A stretch of DNA of 63,315 nt, filler included. It is 7 parts of 7 records of this genome, joined end to end, with 100 filler letters (N's around TTAATTAATTAA, not from the genome) between each part and the next. Parts side by side here need not be neighbours in the genome. Positions count along the whole stretch, not along the records: positions 48,040 to 63,315 come from SRR31156797_35597; 6 more parts are not named here. The stretch is one strand, 5' to 3'. The position numbers were made by a program, and so were the translations under genes. The notes under the pieces are model-generated. The model was not told where the DNA came from and made no database searches. It saw only the letters and a program-made list of their open reading frames with translations. Below, piece after piece: positions 53,732 through 63,140 of the stretch. The first letter of the stretch is position 1; every line of letters begins with the position of its first letter.

Positions 53732-54544
53732 TCATGATGCCACCTCAGAGTGAATGCTCGTGATTTCCATTCCACGGCTAAATACAATCATTTGTCCTGG
53801 ATTAAATTCTTCCCATTTTTCATCTGAGAGCGGGTTGCTAGCAATGATATAGCCGCTTTCATCACTTCCTTTATGGACATTAAGGTCTACTCCTATGTCG
53901 CTGTCACGGAAACGGCAATTTGAGAAAGGGTACTCACGCTTCACATAATGTAGATCCCGTGCGCCTTTTTTATCCCTGTAGGCGAAGAGCGTAAAACCGT
54001 CCGAAAAAATGCAGTTGAAAGCACCGTGACGGTTGATATCAAAAAGTATCTCATAAATTTTCTCCAAGTTTTCATCTGAGAAATACTGTAGCCCACCTCT
54101 TCTTCTAGGAATGATGTCTTTCTTTTCCATTTCGCCAAGAAGCGTACAGAATGCTTGCTCGGAGTCGGTGTTCCCGATTACTTGATAATTGATGTTCAAG
54201 GGAGTGCGGGTTGCCAAAGTCCCGTTGTGTGCAAAAATCATCTCTGTTCCGCAATAGTGACGAAAAAATGGGTGAGTATTTTCATAGGACACCATTCCAC
54301 GGCTGGCGCGTCGGACATGAAGGATGAAAGTTTCGGATTTCAGAAGATGAGAATGTTGAAGAAATGCAGCTAACTCACTTTCATTGCCAGGCTTTGGCTC
54401 TTTGAATACGACAGCTCCTTTACCATCAGGATGATAACCAATTCCCCATCCGTCTGGATTCCAGTCACAGCCTGACAAAAGGGATGGAAAGCTAAATTTG
54501 GGCTGGATCGGCTTGTTGAAATTTAAGGCAAGAAGCTCACACAT
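53732..54544 (-). CDS. Class II glutamine amidotransferase (YafJ/EgtC-like)
   Basis: MCELL N-terminal Cys, DGWG, HVRRAS, NTHPF, AHNG, TDSE. Confidence 0.9.
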   Translation of the reverse strand: MCELLALNFNKPIQPKFSFPSLLSGCDWNPDGWGIGYHPDGKGAVVFKEPKPGNESELAAFLQHSHLLKSETFILHVRRASRGMVSYENTHPFFRHYCGTEMIFAHNGTLATRTPLNINYQVIGNTDSEQAFCTLLGEMEKKDIIPRRRGGLQYFSDENLEKIYEILFDINRHGAFNCIFSDGFTLFAYRDKKGARDLHYVKREYPFSNCRFRDSDIGVDLNVHKGSDESGYIIASNPLSDEKWEEFNPGQMIVFSRGMEITSIHSEVAS

Positions 54545-55318
54545 AATTTTACTCCTTTCTGAACTTTTGGCGTAGGAATGCACTGTCGCGAATTTCGTGA
54601 TTTTTATTGTGTTCAGTATTTTGGTTTTGAATGGTTATGTAGAAAGGTGCAATTGAGCAATTCTCAAACAGTTAATCTTTTACTCAACTGCTTAATTTTA
54701 TTAGGATTAACGAAGACAATCAACCTTTAACACGTGATTTCATAAGGTTGAGTTAAATTTTGAAGGGATTTAAAAATTTCGGTGGGAGCACTTTTATACA
54801 ACAAACCTGAAAAGCTATTTTTCACTGTTTTTACTACAGCCAGTAGTCAGCACTGTAAACCTACTCCCAACAGTTTTTTTCGTTGTTGAGTTTTACAGGA
54901 CAGCCGTGTGTTTCAGCTCAGCGAACCCAGCAGTTTCTCCCTTTAAAAAATATGCTGAAGATGAATGCTAGTGAAGGGGTAAAAATATAAGAAGGGGGTA
55001 AATCTATGTGGTTGAAAAAAGGCTTACACGCCGACTTCAGCATATAAGGATGAGAAGTATTGGCTTCACAGCTGAGGTCTTGATGCCCTACGCTGATCTG
55101 ATGATGACAAGTTAATTTGCTGGATATCTTGTCTTACTCCCATTCGGCAAAAATGTTCGTTTCGGCAAATTTGCCAGTTCGGTGGCAGCGAATTCCTTCA
55201 ATAAAAATTGTGGCCACCAAAAAAATCGCGAATCAGGGGAGGTATTTGAATGACTGCCCTTCAGAAATTGAACCTGATAACGTTGCACTTCTGCTGTTAT
55301 GACTTTTTGGTACTGTGC

Positions 55319-55696
55319 TCAGAAAGATTTTAGGGGGAAACAACCAGAAGGCACCAAGGTTCCACTATTGTCCTCATTGAAATATATCCATGCCATAACA
55401 GTAATGGACTGAAAGGAATTATTATCCGGGCAAATTTCAACCTGCTCACGTTGGTACCAATGGGGATGTCCTTCGAGTTGATCCAGCTCGTAAAGGGTTT
55501 GGTCGTCAACTTCGTATAGTTCTCCATGGATTTGTGATACTGGTTCACTGACGATCACAAAAGGAATGCCACTGACATACATGGCGTACTTCTCTCTTGT
55601 CTTACCAGTCCCAAGGAATTTACTGTCAGCAAGAAACCTGTGGTTGCCATAACCACGCTTGAGCGTACCGTATACAAATATATTATGTGATTTCAT
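55319..55696 (-). CDS. Gamma-glutamylcyclotransferase family protein
   Basis: FVYGTLKRG, GELY, LDQLEG, AWIY. Confidence 0.9.
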   Translation of the reverse strand: MKSHNIFVYGTLKRGYGNHRFLADSKFLGTGKTREKYAMYVSGIPFVIVSEPVSQIHGELYEVDDQTLYELDQLEGHPHWYQREQVEICPDNNSFQSITVMAWIYFNEDNSGTLVPSGCFPLKSF

Positions 55697-55771
55697 ATTA
55701 TTACGTGAATTGGAAAATTATTCTGGAACGTAAAGTTTTCTTGTTTCCAGGTTCCAGGACAGGGAGTAAAA

Positions 55772-55969
55772 TTACACCACATCCACATATTCCATTATCA
55801 AGGCCAGAACATCGTCATACCTGCCACCAGAATTCTGCAACGCTTCTAATGCGGTATCAAAATTTAAAAGTTCTTGTATCAGCCCTTCTTTCTTTAACGT
55901 GTTTCTGACTATAGCTATCAGGTTGAAGACATTCCCGTTTTCTCCAATGAGCTTGCATGTTGGTTTCAT
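55772..55969 (-). CDS. Small MGE-associated hypothetical protein
   Basis: LIGENGNVFNLI...YDDVLALIMEYV, a pattern recurrent in phage/ICE proteins. Confidence 0.7.
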   Translation of the reverse strand: MKPTCKLIGENGNVFNLIAIVRNTLKKEGLIQELLNFDTALEALQNSGGRYDDVLALIMEYVDVV

Positions 55970-56298
55970 GACTGCTCACCACGGAATCTGATTTTCGGTA
56001 TCACTGAAACAGGTGTTGGCGGCCAATGCTCTTCCAACTCACAGTCTATTTCTATGCCGCCAGCACAGATTTCTTTCAGCTCAGTGAATGAAATATAGCC
56101 CCATTCGGCATTTTCCATATCACCGTTCAAAATCGCATATCCGAAAAATATATCTTCACCATCGTACTCTGCAACAAACCAGTCGCTACCGCCTATAAAG
56201 AAATGCAGGTGGATAATTTTGTCTTTGATCGGGATTGATTCTGTTTCGTAAAGGCGGGGTATACTGGCAAGGCGTTCTTTGCTGGGTTCGTTCCACAT
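55966..56298 (-). CDS. DUF2958-like protein
   Basis: PRLYETE, HFF...WFVAEYD...FFG...EWGYISFTEL; GAGGTG RBS before ATG 56298. Confidence 0.75.
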   Translation of the reverse strand: MWNEPSKERLASIPRLYETESIPIKDKIIHLHFFIGGSDWFVAEYDGEDIFFGYAILNGDMENAEWGYISFTELKEICAGGIEIDCELEEHWPPTPVSVIPKIRFRGEQS

Positions 56299-56819
56299 AG
56301 TGCACCTCATGCTGTTTAATAAATGAGGTTTTCAACGATAACATCCAAACGAGTGGAGTTAAACCAGGAACAGTTTTTCGTTGTTGCAACAGCGGAGACC
56401 TAGCGAAGACGCTTATTCTGTCGAAGGTGTACCCTCTTTATCGGACTTGATCAGAATAGCGGCAGATCGCGATTCTTAGGGAAATGCGAAAACTTTTCGG
56501 TTAAGTAAATTTTTCCGAATTCAACATAGGAGCAATCGGCAAGGTAGAAAAGTAGCGTTTATGTAAAATTCAGGAATTTCTTTGAATAATATTCTTGCCT
56601 GGAGTACAAACTTAACTACATGAAATTATTCTACTAACATTTACGTCACGATGTGACACCATTTACTTATGCTCAAAATTGGCGGTGGCTGTGTGGTATG
56701 GTCAAGAGTAAATGAAAATATGTTTAGTACATTGGAAAAACATACCCCTGATTCAGGTGTACATGAGGATACTATGAGTATTGAAAATGTTAGATATTTA
56801 ATAATTAGAGGAGATATGA

Positions 56820-58052
56820 ATGCTTGATCAAGCTTTCTCTCCATCTCGTTTGTTACGACTTGTTAAGCCTGAAGATGTAGCGAGATTTAGGCTATGGCGA
56901 CCCGGCGACGATCAAGATGCTATTATGGGTGACATTTCCTCTGAAATCAATGACCCAGAATTTTCCTTTCCAGATTTTAAGGAAAAAATTATGAGGGGGA
57001 AAACAATCTACTCGGCACCTGACGCTGTTTCGATACTTGCCTTACGTAAACTTGATAGAAACATTCGAGCGATTTACAAGGTTAAGCAGGCTAATCGTGA
57101 CGCTATGGTTCATCAGGTGAAGTCGCTATTACAAGAAGGCTGTTCGTTTACTGTCCTTCGCCTCGATATTAAATCCTTTTATGAATCAATAGACTGTAGA
57201 AAGTTGTTGAATAAAATTTCTCGAGATTCAATAGTCTCCTATACATCGAGAACCATTTTCAAGAAACTTTTTGCATCTAATCAATTTGACACCCTTTCTG
57301 GTCTACCTCGTGGGTTTGGCGTGAGTGCAACGCTAGCAGAGTTATATGTGCGAAGTCTTGATCGCCAGATCCAGGAACTCAAACATGTCTATTTTTACGG
57401 AAGGTATGTTGATGATATGGTTATCTTTACCCATGCTCCAGGTGAAGAGGTTATTGAGAAGATAAAAGATATTCTAAGTAGCTTAGGATTAGAACTTAAT
57501 CCTGAAAAAAAGGACATTATCGAGTGTAGTAGCAAAAAGAATCTCCACGATGAAAGTTGTGAATGTTTCGATTTTTTGGGTTATCGTTTCGAATGTAAGA
57601 AGTTTTTAATTAAAGAAGATGAATGGCGAGAGGTTACTGTTGGTATAGCTACTTCTAAACTGAAGAAAATTAAGTCACGCATTGCACACTCTTTTATTAA
57701 TTATTCAACAGCACCTGACTTCCCGTTACTTCTAAAAAGATTAAGGTTTCTCACCGATAGTCACACCCTCCGCAAGGGACCAAATGGTGGGCTTAAGGGG
57801 GGGATTTATTACAACTATAATCATATTGATAATGAAAAGGATTTAATTGAACTTGATAGTTTTCTTCGTCGATTAATTTTCTGTAAGAAAGGTTCGATTG
57901 GTAAGAGGTTAGCCCCCCAACTAAATGCTATACAAAGGCGAGAGCTGATTAAGCTCAGTTTTGTTGCTGCATTCAAAGGACGTTTTTCCAGAGGACGCCT
58001 CTGGGGTTCAATGAAAGAAATACGAACTGGCTGGATCTATGAGAAAAATTAG
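56820..58052 (+). CDS. drt3a: Antiviral reverse transcriptase Drt3a (UG3 class)
   Basis: VKQANRD, RLDIKSFYESI, GLPRG, GRYVDD, FDFLGY; 14-nt overlap with second RT. Confidence 0.9.
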   Translation: MLDQAFSPSRLLRLVKPEDVARFRLWRPGDDQDAIMGDISSEINDPEFSFPDFKEKIMRGKTIYSAPDAVSILALRKLDRNIRAIYKVKQANRDAMVHQVKSLLQEGCSFTVLRLDIKSFYESIDCRKLLNKISRDSIVSYTSRTIFKKLFASNQFDTLSGLPRGFGVSATLAELYVRSLDRQIQELKHVYFYGRYVDDMVIFTHAPGEEVIEKIKDILSSLGLELNPEKKDIIECSSKKNLHDESCECFDFLGYRFECKKFLIKEDEWREVTVGIATSKLKKIKSRIAHSFINYSTAPDFPLLLKRLRFLTDSHTLRKGPNGGLKGGIYYNYNHIDNEKDLIELDSFLRRLIFCKKGSIGKRLAPQLNAIQRRELIKLSFVAAFKGRFSRGRLWGSMKEIRTGWIYEKN

Positions 58053-59973
58053 AATCGACAAGTCTGACAAGTACCGCGTTCTTCTTACTGATGTACTTCC
58101 TTATGAAACACCGATGTTTTTTTCAAATGAAGGCTTCTACAGATTTTCAAAAAATAAGCTAGCGGACGCTGCGCCAATTGTTCGACAAATCCTTACCACA
58201 TTTGAAGATAGTCAAAAAAAGAAAATTTCTAAAATTGCCACCACTCCATACAGTTATGGGATCAGGAAAGGTACTTTAGGCGTACGCACGTTGAGCTTGT
58301 TTCACCCTGCAGTACAATTACAGATCGTTGATTTTTACGATAAATTTTCACATGTTATCCTAAATCTCTGCAAGCGGAGTCGATTCTCGCTTCGATATCC
58401 TGCTGCAATTGCATCAGCTGTTTATGGCAAAGAAGATGAAGCTATTGATGAGGTGAAACATGGAGCAACTTTTTTTAAGTATGAAAAGTATGATTTCCTC
58501 TATCGTTTTTACGAATCTTATGAACTGCAACGTCTAGAGAAGAGATTTCGACATTTAAGATTGTTTGATATTTCTAAATGCTTTGACCATATTTACACGC
58601 ACACTTTGTCTTGGGCTGTTCGGAGTAAAGACTTTGCGAAAGGAAATCTAGGGAGAAAAACTATTGATGGGGAATTCGATGCAATTATGCAAGCGGCGAA
58701 CCACAAAGAAACCGCCGGAATTCTGATTGGATCGGAGGTGTCTAGAATTTTTGCGGAAATCATTTTACAGAAGGTTGATCTTTCTGTCGAAAGCAGGTTG
58801 TCTAGCAAGCTAAATCGTGGGATGGATTATGATATTCGCCGATATGTTGATGACTACTATGTATTTTCTAGAACAAAAGAGATCGGTGAAACGGTCATGC
58901 GGATATATCTTGAGGAGCTAAAGATATACCGCCTCTTTTTTAATGAATCGAAATCTGTTGTCATGGTTGTACCATTTATGACGACTATCTCCTGTGCAAA
59001 AGTTGAGCTTGGTAACATCCTCAGCATTTTTTTTGAATCGTTAATAACTAAGAGTCAGGTCATTGATGGCACAGACAAAACGATAACAACATTACTGAAA
59101 ATTCGAAGTCCTAACAAGAAGGCTAGTCGGCTAATCCAGCAAATAAAATCTATTATAAAATCGCATGGAGTAGAGTTCACCAGTGTCTCCGGGTTTATAT
59201 TTTCAGTACTTGAAAAAAGGTTGAAAGATATTGTTAATAGTATCGACAAAGATAATACCAGTGACCTTGAGTTAGGAAATTTTTTATATGTCTTACTCGA
59301 TATCATATTTTTTATATACGCAATGGATGTTCGAGTATCTATAACCTATAAGGTTGGGCGCACCGCCATTAAAGCGTGTAAAACAGTTCATGGGCGCTCT
59401 GATGAAATAAATGAATTGATCAAAAAGAAGATTTACGATGAATCTCGGCGGATATTAGAATCTGAAACCTTGGGGCAACCTGAATTTTATGTAGAAACAG
59501 TCAACCTTTTAGCTGTTATTAGAATGTTGGGACCAGAATATCATGTTAGTCCAGAAATCATTGACAAGATGATAAAGGCAATGGATCGTGATAGGACCGA
59601 TGATGATTCTTCTGGGATTGACTATTTTCTCGTTGTGGCAATCCTTTTTCACATTGGAGATAATGTAGAATATTCATTTCAGAAAAAAATATTACTTCAA
59701 AAAACTATTGAGAAATTTGAAAAAGAAGAGAGACATTCTCACCGAGCCGATTTTACCTGCCTACTTTTTGATTTGCTCAGTTGTCCATTTTTAGATAATA
59801 AAATCAAAAAGAAATTGACGAGAGCCTTTAAGATTAATGATAGATTGTTGTCGGATAAAGAGAGAGGGTGTATAATGGCCGATGTTCCAAATCATCAATG
59901 GTTTACTGATTGGCACGCAAGAGATAACATTGAGGTCTTATTGCTCAAAAAAAAATACCAAGCACCATATTGA
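58039..59973 (+). CDS. drt3b: Antiviral reverse transcriptase Drt3b (UG8 class)
   Basis: LLTDVLPYETPMFFSN, DISKCFDHIYTH, GILIGSEVSRIFAE, RRYVDDY; helical C-terminal extension. Confidence 0.92.
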   Translation: MRKIRIDKSDKYRVLLTDVLPYETPMFFSNEGFYRFSKNKLADAAPIVRQILTTFEDSQKKKISKIATTPYSYGIRKGTLGVRTLSLFHPAVQLQIVDFYDKFSHVILNLCKRSRFSLRYPAAIASAVYGKEDEAIDEVKHGATFFKYEKYDFLYRFYESYELQRLEKRFRHLRLFDISKCFDHIYTHTLSWAVRSKDFAKGNLGRKTIDGEFDAIMQAANHKETAGILIGSEVSRIFAEIILQKVDLSVESRLSSKLNRGMDYDIRRYVDDYYVFSRTKEIGETVMRIYLEELKIYRLFFNESKSVVMVVPFMTTISCAKVELGNILSIFFESLITKSQVIDGTDKTITTLLKIRSPNKKASRLIQQIKSIIKSHGVEFTSVSGFIFSVLEKRLKDIVNSIDKDNTSDLELGNFLYVLLDIIFFIYAMDVRVSITYKVGRTAIKACKTVHGRSDEINELIKKKIYDESRRILESETLGQPEFYVETVNLLAVIRMLGPEYHVSPEIIDKMIKAMDRDRTDDDSSGIDYFLVVAILFHIGDNVEYSFQKKILLQKTIEKFEKEERHSHRADFTCLLFDLLSCPFLDNKIKKKLTRAFKINDRLLSDKERGCIMADVPNHQWFTDWHARDNIEVLLLKKKYQAPY

Positions 59974-59975
59974 GT

Positions 59976-60182
59976 TTGGGGATGGCACAGAAGGGGAAGG
60001 TTCGCGACGGTCAGTATTGTTTTTTGGTACTGACTCAATTACAGTTCTGATACAGATGTATTTTGACGTATCATGACCTGAGTCCAATTCGGTTTTTGTG
60101 TATGTTCATAAGTGGCGACTGAAGGCATACTCATGAGGCGGACACACACAATGTACTCGGACCCTGATGTGCTAATCCCCAA
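59976..60182 (+). ncRNA. DRT3-associated structured ncRNA with ACACACACA tract
   Basis: Closing helix ttggggat-ggcaca / tgtgct-a-atccccaa; internal stems; ACACACACA at 60142-60150; immediately after drt3b stop. Confidence 0.82.
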
Positions 60183-60254
60183 TTAACAAGCTATTGAATA
60201 TTTCTATCCGATTAAACACTACCTATATCTCTCCCGTGAATAGCACCTTTTTAT

Positions 60255-62207
60255 TTACATAATCATTTCTCGCCAACCTTCAAAGATCATAACCATCGCA
60301 AAAGTATCAAGTTCACAATAACGCAAGAGCGCACCGACAAGCTCATTTCTTTCAACAGTAGTCATCTCACTGAATTGCATTCTCCCATAGGCAGCCAGTG
60401 CGGCCCCGCCGTCAGCAAGTTTCTCGTCTTCAGTCAGTATCTGATAGTTTTTTTCGCTGACATCCTTGAACATTTTTGGAAGTTTTTTATAAGGGTCGAG
60501 CACCTCCCCGTTATTTATTTCCAGCCATTGCCAATCATGGAAATTAAAACTTTTAATGCCCCCCTCTGCCCCATAAATCGGTTTGGAGTATTTCTCTTGC
60601 AAATAGGTACTGGATTTTAAAATGGCTGGTAGCACATGTTTAATGGAATTAGATCCATGCGTCTTTGGGTCGTAGTAAAAACGTTTCACTAGATCCCACA
60701 TATCAACCATTTTTCGTTCGCCTTCCCAATATTCGTGAGCGGTACGAGTAGAGGTGCTGATCGACTTTATAAAATCACAGAGTTCTTCCCTATCTTGTAT
60801 GAATATTTCATCAGCTTGTAACTGTCTATAAATATGATTCAAGTATGTATTTTCATGTGGCGAGTAACAGAAAATAGTTCCATTATCATTTTCTAATTCA
60901 CACTTCAAGGCTCTCAGAAAATCATAATTAGGGAATTCTCCAGCACAGCTGTTCAAGTATTCACCGCTATGTTCTACTTTGCCATCTTCATACACTGTAT
61001 GATGAGAGAACTGAAAGGCTATTGGTTCATATGGTCGACGGCCTTTATTAAAAGGTATGGCGACCATGCTAGTCTCAAAATCGATGAAATGCAGAGGGTA
61101 TGTCCATCGACACATTTCCCTATTCATCCCAATATTATCAAAGTAAGGCGTTGGGTCGTTTAGTTGAACTTTCTCAACCTGCAACCACCTTCTTTCTTTT
61201 GCTGAAATACCAGGATTTCCATCGCCTTCCGGGTTAAAATCCTTATAGGTTAGATCCGAAAATTTTAATTTCCCCTCTTTGATTAGCTTGTCTTTTCTCC
61301 TTTCTTGCCAAATTTCCAAAATATTCGGTTCATCAAAATCAATATCTTCCCACAAGAGGCTTTGTTTCCAGCATTCCTTGAAACCATTTTTAAACCCCAT
61401 GGCCTCTTCATCTTTTGAACATCTGAACTCACATTTTCCACATTTGGAGCCGATAGACGGGAAAATCTTGATGTTTCTCTCATAGTGCTCGGCAAAATGT
61501 TCAATTTGGGCAGGAAAAGTTTCATCCTTCATGATTAGATCTATGCATTCGTCAACTGGGACTTTAACTAGAATCCAGTCACTTAGATCTTCATCGTTTA
61601 ATGAGGTCGAGACTTTAATCCCTTTGCGATTATTCTGATCACGCACAATTCTAAATTTCTGATTAAGCCCATCAACGGGGCATCTGGCATTTTTGTCTGC
61701 CAACATGAGAAAACTTGAGATATCTGCGTTGGGCAATCTGCCACTGAGTACATATCGCTGAAAAGCTACATCATCAAGATATGGTTGCCAGTTGCTCCTT
61801 ATAGCTCCACCATTTGTGAGGAAAGGGGCATCAGCCTCGCTATCAACAGACTTGGCCTTAACTTCAATAAGTTCAAAATGGTTTCCATCTTTTACAAGCA
61901 CATCAACGCGAATAAAAAGGTTACCAAACCTTATTGCTGGCTCATAGATGATTACCTTTTCTCGTTGCAACAGTTTATTGGTTTGTTGCTCAGCTTCTGC
62001 ATAATCAAGGCTAGTAATATCATAGCCCCCTGGGTGATAATATTTGGCTAACTCACCAACCTGGAAACCACCTTCGGCTAAAGCGGCAAGAAATGAATCA
62101 TCAAGTTTTGTATCAGGATATTCTTTTTTATTGGTGTAAAAAAGTTTGGTGGGGCATTCTCTTGCGAGTTTGAAACGTGATTTAGTTAGGAAAGGAGGTT
62201 TGGGCAT
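60255..62207 (-). CDS. DUF2779 protein (PD-(D/E)XK/Cas4-like nuclease plus RNase H-like domain)
   Basis: LTKSRF...ECP, VDVL...IEVKAK, CGKCEFRC, FIDFET, FQFSHH, YCELDT. Confidence 0.82.
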   Translation of the reverse strand: MPKPPFLTKSRFKLARECPTKLFYTNKKEYPDTKLDDSFLAALAEGGFQVGELAKYYHPGGYDITSLDYAEAEQQTNKLLQREKVIIYEPAIRFGNLFIRVDVLVKDGNHFELIEVKAKSVDSEADAPFLTNGGAIRSNWQPYLDDVAFQRYVLSGRLPNADISSFLMLADKNARCPVDGLNQKFRIVRDQNNRKGIKVSTSLNDEDLSDWILVKVPVDECIDLIMKDETFPAQIEHFAEHYERNIKIFPSIGSKCGKCEFRCSKDEEAMGFKNGFKECWKQSLLWEDIDFDEPNILEIWQERRKDKLIKEGKLKFSDLTYKDFNPEGDGNPGISAKERRWLQVEKVQLNDPTPYFDNIGMNREMCRWTYPLHFIDFETSMVAIPFNKGRRPYEPIAFQFSHHTVYEDGKVEHSGEYLNSCAGEFPNYDFLRALKCELENDNGTIFCYSPHENTYLNHIYRQLQADEIFIQDREELCDFIKSISTSTRTAHEYWEGERKMVDMWDLVKRFYYDPKTHGSNSIKHVLPAILKSSTYLQEKYSKPIYGAEGGIKSFNFHDWQWLEINNGEVLDPYKKLPKMFKDVSEKNYQILTEDEKLADGGAALAAYGRMQFSEMTTVERNELVGALLRYCELDTFAMVMIFEGWREMIM

Positions 62208-62208
62208 A

Positions 62209-62844
62209 TTAATTTTCGCTTGGCCAAAAATAATTGGTTTTTCCGCAAGGAGTTACGATTCTTTCGTTCTCGCTTGTCGCCAAAGTGTGAAGGTCTAATG
62301 TCCACTGCCTTTTAATCCCCATTAAAAGTGCATAGGCAGATATCACGGCATCCCACTCATGGTCATTTTCTGTGTTTACCTCGAGGCCTAATTGTTTGGA
62401 TAAATAACTGTCCATCCTTATATTATTACGCTCGTAATCATATTTCTCTTTAGTTAAAGCGAAGTATAATACTTTAGGGTGTGTTTCAGACAAAACGACA
62501 GTCTTAATTTTTTTTGAAATTTCAATCAACACAGACATGCCATTAAGGCCCATAGAGCCGGATAATGTATTCGGTGACATAATACTATTTATAACTTCAC
62601 GATATTTACTCCGTAGCCATAGATCTGCAGGTCTCCACCCACTATCACCGCTACTCCAGCATGAAAGTGTATCAACACCAAGGCCAACAAGGTTAGAATA
62701 ATTTGATATCTCACGAATCACCGATTCAGCATTTTTCAATGTCAGTATTTCAACCTTGCAGGGGACAAAGTTATTAACTTCTATGATTGCCAAGCCATTC
62801 TTACAATTTCCGCCAGGGTCATACCCTGCAATAATGCCATTCAT
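62209..62844 (-). CDS. DUF429 RNase H-fold predicted nuclease
   Basis: GYDPGG, GVD, ETHPK, DHEWDAVISA. Confidence 0.78.
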   Translation of the reverse strand: MNGIIAGYDPGGNCKNGLAIIEVNNFVPCKVEILTLKNAESVIREISNYSNLVGLGVDTLSCWSSGDSGWRPADLWLRSKYREVINSIMSPNTLSGSMGLNGMSVLIEISKKIKTVVLSETHPKVLYFALTKEKYDYERNNIRMDSYLSKQLGLEVNTENDHEWDAVISAYALLMGIKRQWTLDLHTLATSENERIVTPCGKTNYFWPSEN

Positions 62845-62899
62845 TACCTCTTCACCCTTTTGGCTTTTAATTCACAAAAGATAATTTTTAATGTGCTCT

Positions 62900-63065
62900 T
62901 CAGATAATAACTTTTAGTATGAAATATTCAAGCAATACCCCATCCACAATCCACGGCCCTTTTACACCAGGCAGTTTATAACCTAGGATATTTTGCGCAA
63001 CCCAGCGTGCTGCAGTCGCAGTGAGATACAGTATGTCCAATTTATAAGCGAATTTGTTTTCAGGT
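62900..63065 (-). pseudogene. Degenerate duplicate of the adjacent HTH gene
   Basis: QIRL*IGHTVSH [frameshift] ATAARWVAQNILGYKLPGVKGPWIVD aligns to the intact copy 250 bp away. Confidence 0.7.
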
Positions 63066-63140
63066 TTAATGCTGCAAATCAGCAAATTTTTCGTTTACGA
63101 AAAAATATCTAATATGAGCGAAGAAACAAACAGATTTCGC

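Noticed and set aside
56669-56827. 52-aa ORF upstream of drt3a, or a retron-type msr/msd there
   Set aside because: No RBS or motif and no a1/a2 inverted repeats seen; the structured RNA is downstream, as expected for DRT3
53709-59980. 14-bp direct match atattgagtttggg upstream of the integrase and at the drt3b stop
   Set aside because: One 14-mer match in 15 kb of AT-rich DNA is plausible by chance, and it would cut the DRT3 cassette from its ncRNA
59882-60076. 64-aa ORF overlapping the drt3b end
   Set aside because: Overlaps the RT and the structured ncRNA; no RBS or recognisable protein features
60252-60262. Inverted XerD-like site suggesting a pdif-type module around DRT3
   Set aside because: It is the last codons and stop of DUF2779 and has no XerC arm
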